Of a stretch of DNA of 64,000 nt, positions 55,173 to 62,692 are shown in pieces. Source of the DNA: an uncultured delta proteobacterium (lineage in GTDB: Bacteria; Myxococcota_A; UBA9160; JAFDET01); contig CAMYLJ010000022.1 in NCBI GenBank assembly GCA_947259215.1, positions 125,238 to 189,237 of the forward strand, written 5' to 3'. Within the stretch, counting starts at the first letter, position 1. Each line of letters begins with the position of its first letter. Made by a program: the position numbers and the translations under genes. The notes under the pieces are model-generated. The model was not told where the DNA came from. It was given only the letters and a program-made list of their open reading frames with translations, and searched no databases.

Positions 55173-55879
55173 GGGCCGGCGTCCTGGCAGCGGGCCTCGG
55201 GGAACGGCTGCGCGCCGACGGCGTCGAGCAACCGAAGTCCCTGGTGCCGGTGGCCGGCCGCCCGCTCCTCCTCCACGCGCTGGCGGCCGTGCGCGATGCG
55301 GGCGCCGAGGACGCGGTGGTGGTGGTGAACGACGCTCACGCCGCCGCGGTCGAGAAGGCGCTGGCGCTCGAGGATCCGCCGCTCCCGGTGAGCCTCGTCC
55401 GCCGCACCACGGCCTCGAGCCTGGAGACCTTCGGCGTCGTGGCGCCCCATCTCCTGGATGCGCCGCGCGCGCTCGTCGCCATGGTGGACGGCGTCTTCCC
55501 GCCCGGCGCCGCCCGCGGGTTCGGCCGCGCGCTTCGCGACCTCGCATCGGAGGAGGGACTGATCGGCGTCAGCGACCGCCGCGACGACGACCGCCCCCTG
55601 CGCGTGGCGTTCGACGAAGACACGCGGCGCATCCGGGCCATCGGGCCGGGCGCCGAGGCGAGCCCCTGGGCGACGGCGGGACTCTACTGTCTGCCCGAGC
55701 GCGCCTTTGCCTCGGCGGAGCGCGCCCTCGCCGAAGGACTGGGCGCCCTGCGCCAGCACCTGTCGGGGCTCGTCACGGCGGGCGTGCTCCTGCGCGCGTA
55801 TCCGCTGGGCGAGGTGGTGGACGTGGATCGAGCCGACGACCTCGGCGAGGCGGAGCGCCTGCTGGGAGCCGCGTCGTGA
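55169..55879 (+). CDS. Nucleotidyltransferase (NTP_transferase fold; sugar/alcohol-phosphate cytidylyl/uridylyltransferase-like)
   Basis: It has a GTGA overlap and the N-terminal signature GVLAAGLGERL...KSLVPVAGRPLL. Confidence 0.85.
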   Translation: MRAGVLAAGLGERLRADGVEQPKSLVPVAGRPLLLHALAAVRDAGAEDAVVVVNDAHAAAVEKALALEDPPLPVSLVRRTTASSLETFGVVAPHLLDAPRALVAMVDGVFPPGAARGFGRALRDLASEEGLIGVSDRRDDDRPLRVAFDEDTRRIRAIGPGAEASPWATAGLYCLPERAFASAERALAEGLGALRQHLSGLVTAGVLLRAYPLGEVVDVDRADDLGEAERLLGAAS

Positions 55880-56733
55880 CGCGCGCGCCGCGCTGCGTGG
55901 GGGTGGCGCGCGAAGCGGTCTACTCGCCGGGGCGCTTCCTGGCGGCGGACCGCGCCATCCTGGAGGCCACGGGCCGCGCCCTCGTCGCCCGGGGCGCGCG
56001 CGTGGAGATCGTGGAGCCCGACGCGAAGCCCGCGGCCTTCGACGGCTGCGCGCTGGTCTTCGCCATGTGCCAGGGGCCCGCCGCGCTCGACGGCCTGCGC
56101 CAGCTGGCCGCACGGGGGATCCCGCTGGTCCACGGGGCGGACGCCATCCTGAACTGCCACCGCGTGCGCATGGTGCCGATCCTCGAGCAGGCCGGCCTGC
56201 CGCGCCCCGCGGCGCGGCTCGTCGACTCGGGCGCCCCCGACCCGGAGGCCCTGGCGTGGCTCGACGCGTTGCCCGCCGGCGCCTGGGTGAAGCGCGGCGA
56301 CGTGCACGCCACCCAGCCGGGGGATGTGTCGCACGCCGCCGACGCGGCGGCTGCACGGGGGGCCCTGGAGCGACTCGCGGCCCACGGCGTGCCGCGTGCG
56401 GTGCTCGAGGCCCACGCGCCGGGTCGCACGCTCAAGTTCTACGCCGTGCGCGGCACGCCGTTCTTCCGGCTCTTCGATGAGTCCGGGAGCGAGGTGGCGT
56501 GCGCCCACCCGGACTGGCGGGAGATCGCCGACCGCGCCGCGCACGCCCTCGGTCTGGCCGTCTACGGCGGCGACCTCGTAGTGGATGACGCAGGCGCGGC
56601 CGCGCTGGTGGACGTCAACGACTGGCCGTCCTTCTCCCGCTGCCGCGACGCTGCGGCCGAGGCGATCGCCACCCACCTGTGGACGCGGCTGGGCGCCCCG
56701 CGGGACGAAGTGCTACATCCCCACCCGTCGTGA
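55876..56733 (+). CDS. ATP-grasp-fold protein (RimK/inositol-phosphate-kinase-like), putative
   Basis: It has a GTGA overlap and is 285 aa. The C-terminal GGDLVVDDAGAAALVDVNDWPSF resembles the Mg-ATP-binding strand of ATP-grasp enzymes. The assignment is weak. Confidence 0.5.
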   Translation: MTRAPRCVGVAREAVYSPGRFLAADRAILEATGRALVARGARVEIVEPDAKPAAFDGCALVFAMCQGPAALDGLRQLAARGIPLVHGADAILNCHRVRMVPILEQAGLPRPAARLVDSGAPDPEALAWLDALPAGAWVKRGDVHATQPGDVSHAADAAAARGALERLAAHGVPRAVLEAHAPGRTLKFYAVRGTPFFRLFDESGSEVACAHPDWREIADRAAHALGLAVYGGDLVVDDAGAAALVDVNDWPSFSRCRDAAAEAIATHLWTRLGAPRDEVLHPHPS

Positions 56734-58043
56734 GTAGGATCTCCGGTCCCGAATCCGACAAGCTGGTGAGCGACGAGCAGCAGTGGCTCGCGCCCGGCAT
56801 CCAACGTCTGGCCACCCTGGCCGGCGTGGCGATGGAGTCCGCGCGCGGCTGCGTGATCGAGGACGCGGACGGTCGCAGCTACCTGGACTTCATGGCGGGC
56901 GTCGGCGTGGCGAGCCTGGGGCACAGCCACCCGCGCTGGGTGCAGGCGCTGGCCAACCAGGCGGGCAAGATCTCGATCGGCTCCTTCACCAGCGCACCCC
57001 GCCTGGCGTTGCTGAAGCTGCTGGCGGGGCTCTTGCCGGAGCCGCTGCGGCGCGTGCAGCTCTACTCCGGTGGCTCCGAGGCCGTCGAGGCGGCTTTGCG
57101 CCTGGCCAAGGCCCACACCGGCAAGTTCGAGGTGGTCGCCTTCTGGGGCGGCTTCCACGGCAAGACCGGCGGCGTGCTGCCGCTGATCGGCGATCCCTTC
57201 AAGCGCGGCTGGGGTCCGTTGGCGCCGGGCACCCACCTGGTGCCGTACGCGGATTGCGCACACTGCCCGCTCAAGCAGACGTATCCCGGCTGCGGCCTGG
57301 CGTGTGTGGACGTGGCGCGACAGCAGATCGAGGCGGCCTGCCTCGGCTCCATCGCCGCGGTCCTGGTCGAGCCGATCCAAGGCACCGCGGGCAACGTGGT
57401 GCCCCCGCCCGAGTGGCTGCCCGCCATCGCCCAGATGGCGAAGGATCTCGACGCGCTGCTGATCGTGGACGAGATGATCACCGGCTTCGGCCGCACGGGC
57501 GAGATGTTCGGCTTCGAGCACACGGACACGCTCCCGGACATCGTCACCATCGGAAAGGGCTTCGGGGGCGGCTTCCCGGTCACGGCTGTGATCGCGACCG
57601 ACGACGTCACTGCCGACTCGCATCCCTGGTCGAAGCCGTCTTCGTCCTCCTCGTCGGTCGGGGGCAATCCGCTGGCCGCCGCCGCCGCGCTGGCCACGGT
57701 GGAGACCATCCTCGACGAAAAGCTGGTGGAGAACTCGCGCCGCGTGGGCGCGCACATGCTGGTGCGGCTCGAGACCCTGCGCGAGCGCTTCCCCTTCGTG
57801 GGCGACGTGCGCGGCAAGGGCCTGCTGCTGGGTCTCGACCTCGTGGGCGAGAGCGGCGAGCCGCTGCCGGCCAGCGTCACCGAGCGCATCTACACCACCT
57901 GCGCCGAGCGCGGCCTGCTCGTGATGGCCTACGGGCCCCGGGTGCGTATCAACCCGCCCCTCGTGATCAGCGAGGAGGAAGCGGACGCCGGACTCGACCT
58001 CTTCGAGTCGGTCCTGGCGGAGCTCGCTCCCGAGATCCGATGA
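56730..58043 (+). CDS. Class-III (omega) aminotransferase
   Basis: It has a GTGA overlap. Motifs are LDFMAGVGVASLGHSHP, SGGSEAVEAALRLAK, LIVDEMITGFGRTG and the PLP-Lys context DIVTIGKGFGGGFP. Confidence 0.9.
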   Translation: MSRISGPESDKLVSDEQQWLAPGIQRLATLAGVAMESARGCVIEDADGRSYLDFMAGVGVASLGHSHPRWVQALANQAGKISIGSFTSAPRLALLKLLAGLLPEPLRRVQLYSGGSEAVEAALRLAKAHTGKFEVVAFWGGFHGKTGGVLPLIGDPFKRGWGPLAPGTHLVPYADCAHCPLKQTYPGCGLACVDVARQQIEAACLGSIAAVLVEPIQGTAGNVVPPPEWLPAIAQMAKDLDALLIVDEMITGFGRTGEMFGFEHTDTLPDIVTIGKGFGGGFPVTAVIATDDVTADSHPWSKPSSSSSSVGGNPLAAAAALATVETILDEKLVENSRRVGAHMLVRLETLRERFPFVGDVRGKGLLLGLDLVGESGEPLPASVTERIYTTCAERGLLVMAYGPRVRINPPLVISEEEADAGLDLFESVLAELAPEIR

Positions 58044-59059
58044 GCCCCTCCCTGGCCGGCGCCCTGGTGGGCTTCGGCGGGGTGGCCGAGCGCGGGCACC
58101 TGCCCGGCTACCGGCGCGACCCCCGCTTCGCCATCCACGCCGTCTGCGATCCCGATCCGCAGGCGCGCGAGCGCGCCCGGCGCGCCCTCGGAGAGGACGT
58201 GGCGCTCTACGCCGACGTGGACGCACTCCTCGCGGACGAGCGGCTCGACTTCGTCGACGTGGCGAGCCCGCCGGGCGATCACCTGCCCGCGCTGGAACGC
58301 GCCTTCGCGGCCGGCTTGCACGTGCTGGTGGAGAAGCCGCTGGCGCTCGACCCGGAGCAGGCCCGCCGTGCCCACGCAGCCGCTGACGCGGCGGAGCGCG
58401 CGCTCGTGGTGGTGCACAACTGGCACCACGCCCCGGCGTTCCGCACCGCCCGCGAGGCCATCGCGGAGGGCGCCATCGGCGCGCCGCGGGCCGTCGAGTT
58501 CGTGACGGAACGCACCCAGCCGGCGGGCGGGGCCGTGTGGCGGCTCGACGCCCGGACCGCGGGCGGCGGCATCCTGGTGGACCACGGCTGGCACCAGCTC
58601 TACCTGGCGGGTCGCCTGCTGGGCGATCCGGACCCGGTGCGCGTCAGCGCGAACGTCGAGACGCGGCGCTGGACCGGGGCGAACGTGGAGGACACCGTGG
58701 ACGCGCGCGTCGAGTACGCGGGTGGTGCCAGCGCGCGCCTCCGCCTCACCTGGGCCGCCGTGGAGCGCCGCACCCGCGTACGCGTCGAAGGCGACGCCGG
58801 CGCGCTCCGCATCGAGGACACGCGCGTCGCGCTGATCTCGCCGGGCGGGAATCGCGAGCTGCCGGTGGACGCAGACGCCCCGGACGACTCCTACCACGCC
58901 ACCTGGTTCCCCGCGGTGCTCGACGCCTTCGCCCGCGCCATGGCCGATCCGCGCCACGCGCACCCCAATCGCCGCGAGGCGCTCTGGTGCCAGACGGTGA
59001 TCGACGCCGCCTACGAGTCCGGTCGGCGCGAGGGCGAAGCCGTCGACGTGAAGCCGTAG
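58040..59059 (+). CDS. Gfo/Idh/MocA-family NAD(P)-dependent oxidoreductase
   Basis: It has an ATGA overlap, the N-terminal Rossmann GALVGFGGVAERGHLP, and the EKP motif VLVEKPLA. Confidence 0.88.
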   Translation: MSPSLAGALVGFGGVAERGHLPGYRRDPRFAIHAVCDPDPQARERARRALGEDVALYADVDALLADERLDFVDVASPPGDHLPALERAFAAGLHVLVEKPLALDPEQARRAHAAADAAERALVVVHNWHHAPAFRTAREAIAEGAIGAPRAVEFVTERTQPAGGAVWRLDARTAGGGILVDHGWHQLYLAGRLLGDPDPVRVSANVETRRWTGANVEDTVDARVEYAGGASARLRLTWAAVERRTRVRVEGDAGALRIEDTRVALISPGGNRELPVDADAPDDSYHATWFPAVLDAFARAMADPRHAHPNRREALWCQTVIDAAYESGRREGEAVDVKP

Positions 59060-59125
59060 ACCGGACTGGACCCCGCTGCGGCGCCTCTGGTACAGGTGGA
59101 AGCGGGGGTCGGGGCGGAGCGCGCG

Positions 59126-60346
59126 ATGGATTTCAACGACACCCCCGAGGAGGCCGCCTTTCGCGAGGAGGCGCACGCCTGGCTCGAAGCCCACGCCGAA
59201 GGCCGCCTCGGGCCTGGCGAGACCAAGCCCCTGCCCGAGGCTCGCGACCCCGAGGCCGTGAAGCGCGCCCAGGCCTGGCAGGCGAAGAAGGCCGACGCGG
59301 GCTGGGCCTGCATCACCTGGCCTGTCGAGTACGGCGGCCGCGCGGCGACGCCCATCCAGAACGTGATCTGGAACCAGGAGGAGGCGCGCTACCGCACGCC
59401 GCCCAACATCTTCACGATCGGCCAGGGCATGCTCGGCCCGACGATCCTGAAGCACGGCACCGAGGCCCAGAAGAGCCGCTACGTGCAGCCCCTGCTGCGC
59501 GGGGACGAGATCTGGTGCCAGCTCTTCAGCGAGCCCGGAGCCGGATCGGACCTGGCGGCGCTGCGCACGACCGCCGTGCGCGACGGCGACGACTGGGTCC
59601 TGAACGGCCAGAAGATCTGGACCTCAGGCGCCCACTACTGCGCCTTCGGCATGATCGTGACGCGGACCGACCCCACGGCGCCGAAGCACGCCGGCATCAC
59701 CTACTTCATCGTGGACATGCAGGCGCCCGGGGTCGAGATCCGGGCCATCCAGCAGATGAACGGCGCCGCGGCTTTCAACGAGGTCTTCTTCAACGACGTG
59801 CGCGTGCCCGACGCGGGACGCGTCGGCGAGGTGAACGACGGTTGGCGCGGCGCCATCACGACGCTCATGAACGAACGCGCCGCCCTCGGCGGCGGCGCCG
59901 CCGGCGGCCCCGGCTTGCGGCACCTGCTGGAGCTGACCCGGGAGGTGGAGATCGAGGGCGGACGGGCCATCGACGATCCCGCGGTACGCCAGCAGCTGGC
60001 GGACTTCTACGTGCGCCAGAAGGGTCTGGAGTACACGCGCTACCGGACCCTGACGGCGCTCTCGCGCGGGACGACGCCCGGCCCGGAGAACTCCATGGGC
60101 AAGCTCGTCGGCGCACGCCTGCGCCAGGAGATGTCGGGCTTCGCCCTCGACCTCCAGGGCGCCGCCGGCCTCACCAGCGGAGACTGGCAGCGCCAGTACC
60201 TCGGCGCGCCGGGCGGGCGCCTGGCGGGCGGCACCGACGAGATCCTGCGCAACATCATCGCGGAGCGAATTCTGCGGCTGCCGCCGGAGATGCGTGTCGA
60301 CAAGGAAGTCCCCTTCCAGGACGTCCCGAGCGGGCCGAAGTCCTAG
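59126..60346 (+). CDS. Acyl-CoA dehydrogenase family protein
   Basis: The start is at the internal ATG (MDFNDTPEEAAF). It has WCQLFSEPGAGSDLAALRT, NGQKIWTSGA and GGTDEILRNIIAER. Confidence 0.9.
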   Translation: MDFNDTPEEAAFREEAHAWLEAHAEGRLGPGETKPLPEARDPEAVKRAQAWQAKKADAGWACITWPVEYGGRAATPIQNVIWNQEEARYRTPPNIFTIGQGMLGPTILKHGTEAQKSRYVQPLLRGDEIWCQLFSEPGAGSDLAALRTTAVRDGDDWVLNGQKIWTSGAHYCAFGMIVTRTDPTAPKHAGITYFIVDMQAPGVEIRAIQQMNGAAAFNEVFFNDVRVPDAGRVGEVNDGWRGAITTLMNERAALGGGAAGGPGLRHLLELTREVEIEGGRAIDDPAVRQQLADFYVRQKGLEYTRYRTLTALSRGTTPGPENSMGKLVGARLRQEMSGFALDLQGAAGLTSGDWQRQYLGAPGGRLAGGTDEILRNIIAERILRLPPEMRVDKEVPFQDVPSGPKS

Positions 60347-60382
60347 CCTTCGCGGCGCGTGCCGGTTCCTCCGGAAGGGTCC

Positions 60383-60413
60383 GGACGGCCCCCGCTGCGC
60401 GCGGGGGCCGTCC
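60383..60413. terminator. Bidirectional hairpin terminator candidate between convergent genes
   Basis: A perfect 13-bp GC-rich stem (ggacggcccccgc / gcgggggccgtcc) with loop tgcgc lies between the stops at 60346 (+) and 60425 (-). There is no U-tract. Confidence 0.55.
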
Positions 60414-60424
60414 GCTCTCCGCTA

Positions 60425-61066
60425 CTAGCCGCCGAGCTGGGCGGTCTCCTGCTCGATGATCGGCTTGAAGTACGGGTTGCCGTGCACCGCGGCCGCGTAG
60501 GCGGCCAGCCGGGGCCAGCGCGCGGCGTCGACCGTGAGCCCACCATGGCGCGCGTTCACGAGTCCGCTTCCCAGCGCGATGTCCGCGATGGAGAAGCGGC
60601 CTCCGACGATGCCGTCGCCGCTGTCGGGCACCTCGCCCTCCAGGTAGTCGAAGACCGGCGGCACGTCCTCGGCGATCACCTTGGCCGCCCGCTCCTCGTC
60701 GGGCTCCGCCTTCATGATCTGTTTCTTGACCACCCGCTCGAAGAACACCGGACCGACCGTCTCGACGAGCTTCGTGTCGGCGTACTCCTCGTACCAGAGC
60801 GCGCGGCCGCGCTGCTTCGGGTCCGAGGGGTAGAGCGCCGGCTCCGGCTGGAGCGCCTCCAGGTACTGGATGATGCACGACGAGTCGGGCAGCAGGTAGT
60901 CGCCGTCCTCCAGGCACGGGATCTTCCCGAGCGGGCTCTTCTGCTTGTACTCGTCGGACACGCCGATGGGCATGACGGGATTGAGCTCGTAGTCGAGCCC
61001 CTTCACCGCCAGCGCGACGATGACCTTGCGGACGAAGGGGGATGCGTTCACTCCGTGAATGATCAT
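60425..61066 (-). CDS. Glutathione S-transferase
   Basis: 213 aa. It has an N-terminal thioredoxin-like domain (ASPFVRKV, GKIPCLEDGDYLLPDSSCIIQYL) and a C-terminal helical domain. Confidence 0.9.
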   Translation of the reverse strand: MIIHGVNASPFVRKVIVALAVKGLDYELNPVMPIGVSDEYKQKSPLGKIPCLEDGDYLLPDSSCIIQYLEALQPEPALYPSDPKQRGRALWYEEYADTKLVETVGPVFFERVVKKQIMKAEPDEERAAKVIAEDVPPVFDYLEGEVPDSGDGIVGGRFSIADIALGSGLVNARHGGLTVDAARWPRLAAYAAAVHGNPYFKPIIEQETAQLGG

Positions 61067-61079
61067 GGCGACTCCTGGA

Positions 61080-61751
61080 TCAGCTTGGGTTGGGGGTTCC
61101 GAGATCCATCTCGAAGAGCTGCGGGAGCTCCTCGATGACGGCGGGATCGCCTGCGATGCGCGCCTGGCCCAGCGCGACGGCCTGCGCGGGCGCGAGCAGG
61201 CCCGTGACGAGACCGAGCACGGCGCGCGGCCCGGCCTCGAGCACCGCGTCCGCGGGCCCCGGGCCCGCCTCGACCCGAGCGCCGCCGGGACCTCCGCACA
61301 CGCGCACCACCAACGGCTCCGGCTCGGCGCGCACCCGCACCTCCACGGTGTGGGGCGGCGTCGGCCCGCTGCGCGCGAAGGCGCGCAGGCGGAGAGGCAC
61401 CCAGCGCGGCTCGAGGTGATCCTCCGGGCGCGAGCGCGTCATGAAGCGCACGCCCCAGCGCATCAGCTCGTTCAGCGCCGGCTCGAGGGCGCGCCCGTTC
61501 TCGCTGAGCGCGTACACGCTGGAGGCCGCCGGCGGGGGCAGCTCGCGCCGCTCCACCAGGCCCTCCTCCTCCAGACTGGCGAGCCGGTCGGCCAGCACGC
61601 TGGAGCTCACCCCGGGCAGCGCGCGCTGGAGATCGGAGAAGCGCAGGGGGCCCGCCAGCAGATCCCGGACGATCAGCAGGGTCCAGCGCGAGGCCAGCAT
61701 CTCGCAGGCCCGGGCGACGGGGCAGAACTGCTCGTAGCGGAACTCGCTCAC
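61080..61751 (-). CDS. HxlR-family winged-helix transcriptional regulator with a C-terminal extension
   Basis: GTG start. It has CPVARACEMLASRWTLLIVRDLLAGPLRFSDLQRALPGVSSSVLADRLASLEEEGLVERR. Confidence 0.88.
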   Translation of the reverse strand: MSEFRYEQFCPVARACEMLASRWTLLIVRDLLAGPLRFSDLQRALPGVSSSVLADRLASLEEEGLVERRELPPPAASSVYALSENGRALEPALNELMRWGVRFMTRSRPEDHLEPRWVPLRLRAFARSGPTPPHTVEVRVRAEPEPLVVRVCGGPGGARVEAGPGPADAVLEAGPRAVLGLVTGLLAPAQAVALGQARIAGDPAVIEELPQLFEMDLGTPNPS

Positions 61752-61776
61752 GGCTCGCAGTCTGGCACACAGTCAC

Positions 61777-61810
61777 TTCGAAAAACACACTGAATATTTC
61801 GAATTTCGAA
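61777..61810. promoter_or_regulatory. Three TTCGAA palindromes in the AT-rich hxlR upstream region (candidate operator/promoter)
   Basis: ttcgaa occurs at 61777, 61798 and 61805 (the last two as tandem tttcgaa tttcgaa), 26-59 nt upstream of the hxlR start. This is the only AT-rich stretch in this part of the window. Confidence 0.3.
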
Positions 61811-62077
61811 CATCTTATGAATCCCAACGATTCCAGGAAGTTGGAAGCCCGGGCCGTCACCATGACGGCCCGGGCTCGCCCCGCAGGCCACCCCCGTAGT
61901 AGCGGGGCTCCGAACCTTGCCGCCCGTTCGACGGGCTCCGGCAGCGCTGCCTTCACGAGACAGGTCTGCCGCGGCCCGGGAATCGGATCAGCTAGCCGGC
62001 CGGCCCAAGACTTCGTCTTGGGTCGGCTTGCGCCGCAAACGGAGCCCTTCGGGCTCCGTCCGCTAGCCTGCGGCTCG

Positions 62078-62641
62078 ATGCCCTCCGGGCCCGCGCGCGC
62101 TCCGGACTGGCCGGCCGTCCTCGAGCGCCTGCTCGCGGGCGACCGGCTCGCCTTCCTGGAGTTCAGCCGCCTCGTCACCGGCTTCCTGGCGCAGCTGCGT
62201 GCCTATGACTTCCGCGACGAGTGGGACGACTTGCGCCAGGAGGTGCTGGCGAGCGTGGTCGCCAACGCCCGTGCCGGCCGCCTGCGGGATCCCCAGGCCT
62301 TCGTCGGCTACGTCAAGATCATCACGCGCAACAAGTTCGTGGACCGGCTGAAGCGCCAGCTGCGCCACCACGAGAAGGAAGCGCTTCCCTGGGACGACGA
62401 GACCGCGCGCGCAGTCGCGGCACCCGAGCCCGAGAGCGACGAGGCCCGCGGCCTGTGGCGCGCCGTGGCCGAGCTGCCCGAGGAGCAACGTTTGCTGGTG
62501 GAGGGCGTCTACCGCGAGGGGCGCACCTACCAGGAAGTGGCCGACGCCACCGGCGTCCCCCTGGGCACCCTGAAGCGCCGCCTGCGCGAGAGCCTCGCGC
62601 TGCTGCGTGCACAGCTCGGACCAGAGACGGAAGATGGGTGA
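62078..62641 (+). CDS. ECF (group IV) RNA polymerase sigma factor
   Basis: The start is at the internal ATG of ORF 61817..62641. It has region 2 (FLEFSRLVTGFLAQL..DLRQEVLASV..FVGYVKIITRNKFVD) and region 4 (LPEEQRLLVEGVYREGRTYQEVADATGVPLGTLKRRL). Confidence 0.88.
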   Translation: MPSGPARAPDWPAVLERLLAGDRLAFLEFSRLVTGFLAQLRAYDFRDEWDDLRQEVLASVVANARAGRLRDPQAFVGYVKIITRNKFVDRLKRQLRHHEKEALPWDDETARAVAAPEPESDEARGLWRAVAELPEEQRLLVEGVYREGRTYQEVADATGVPLGTLKRRLRESLALLRAQLGPETEDG

Positions 62642-62692
62642 GCCGATCCGGGCCGCCGGAAAGACCTATCCCTTGGAGGCCGTGACGCGAGC

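Noticed and set aside
61762-61780. A sigma-54 promoter suggested by tggcac at 61762
   Set aside because: The -12 element is missing. The sequence 5 nt downstream reads cacttc rather than ttgc(a/t).
61900-61940. A tRNA or tmRNA-like element suggested by gttcga in gcccgttcgacgggc
   Set aside because: The loop is 3-5 nt rather than the 7-nt T-loop. There is no acceptor, D or anticodon arm arrangement and no CCA-proximal stem. I found no tRNA anywhere in the window.
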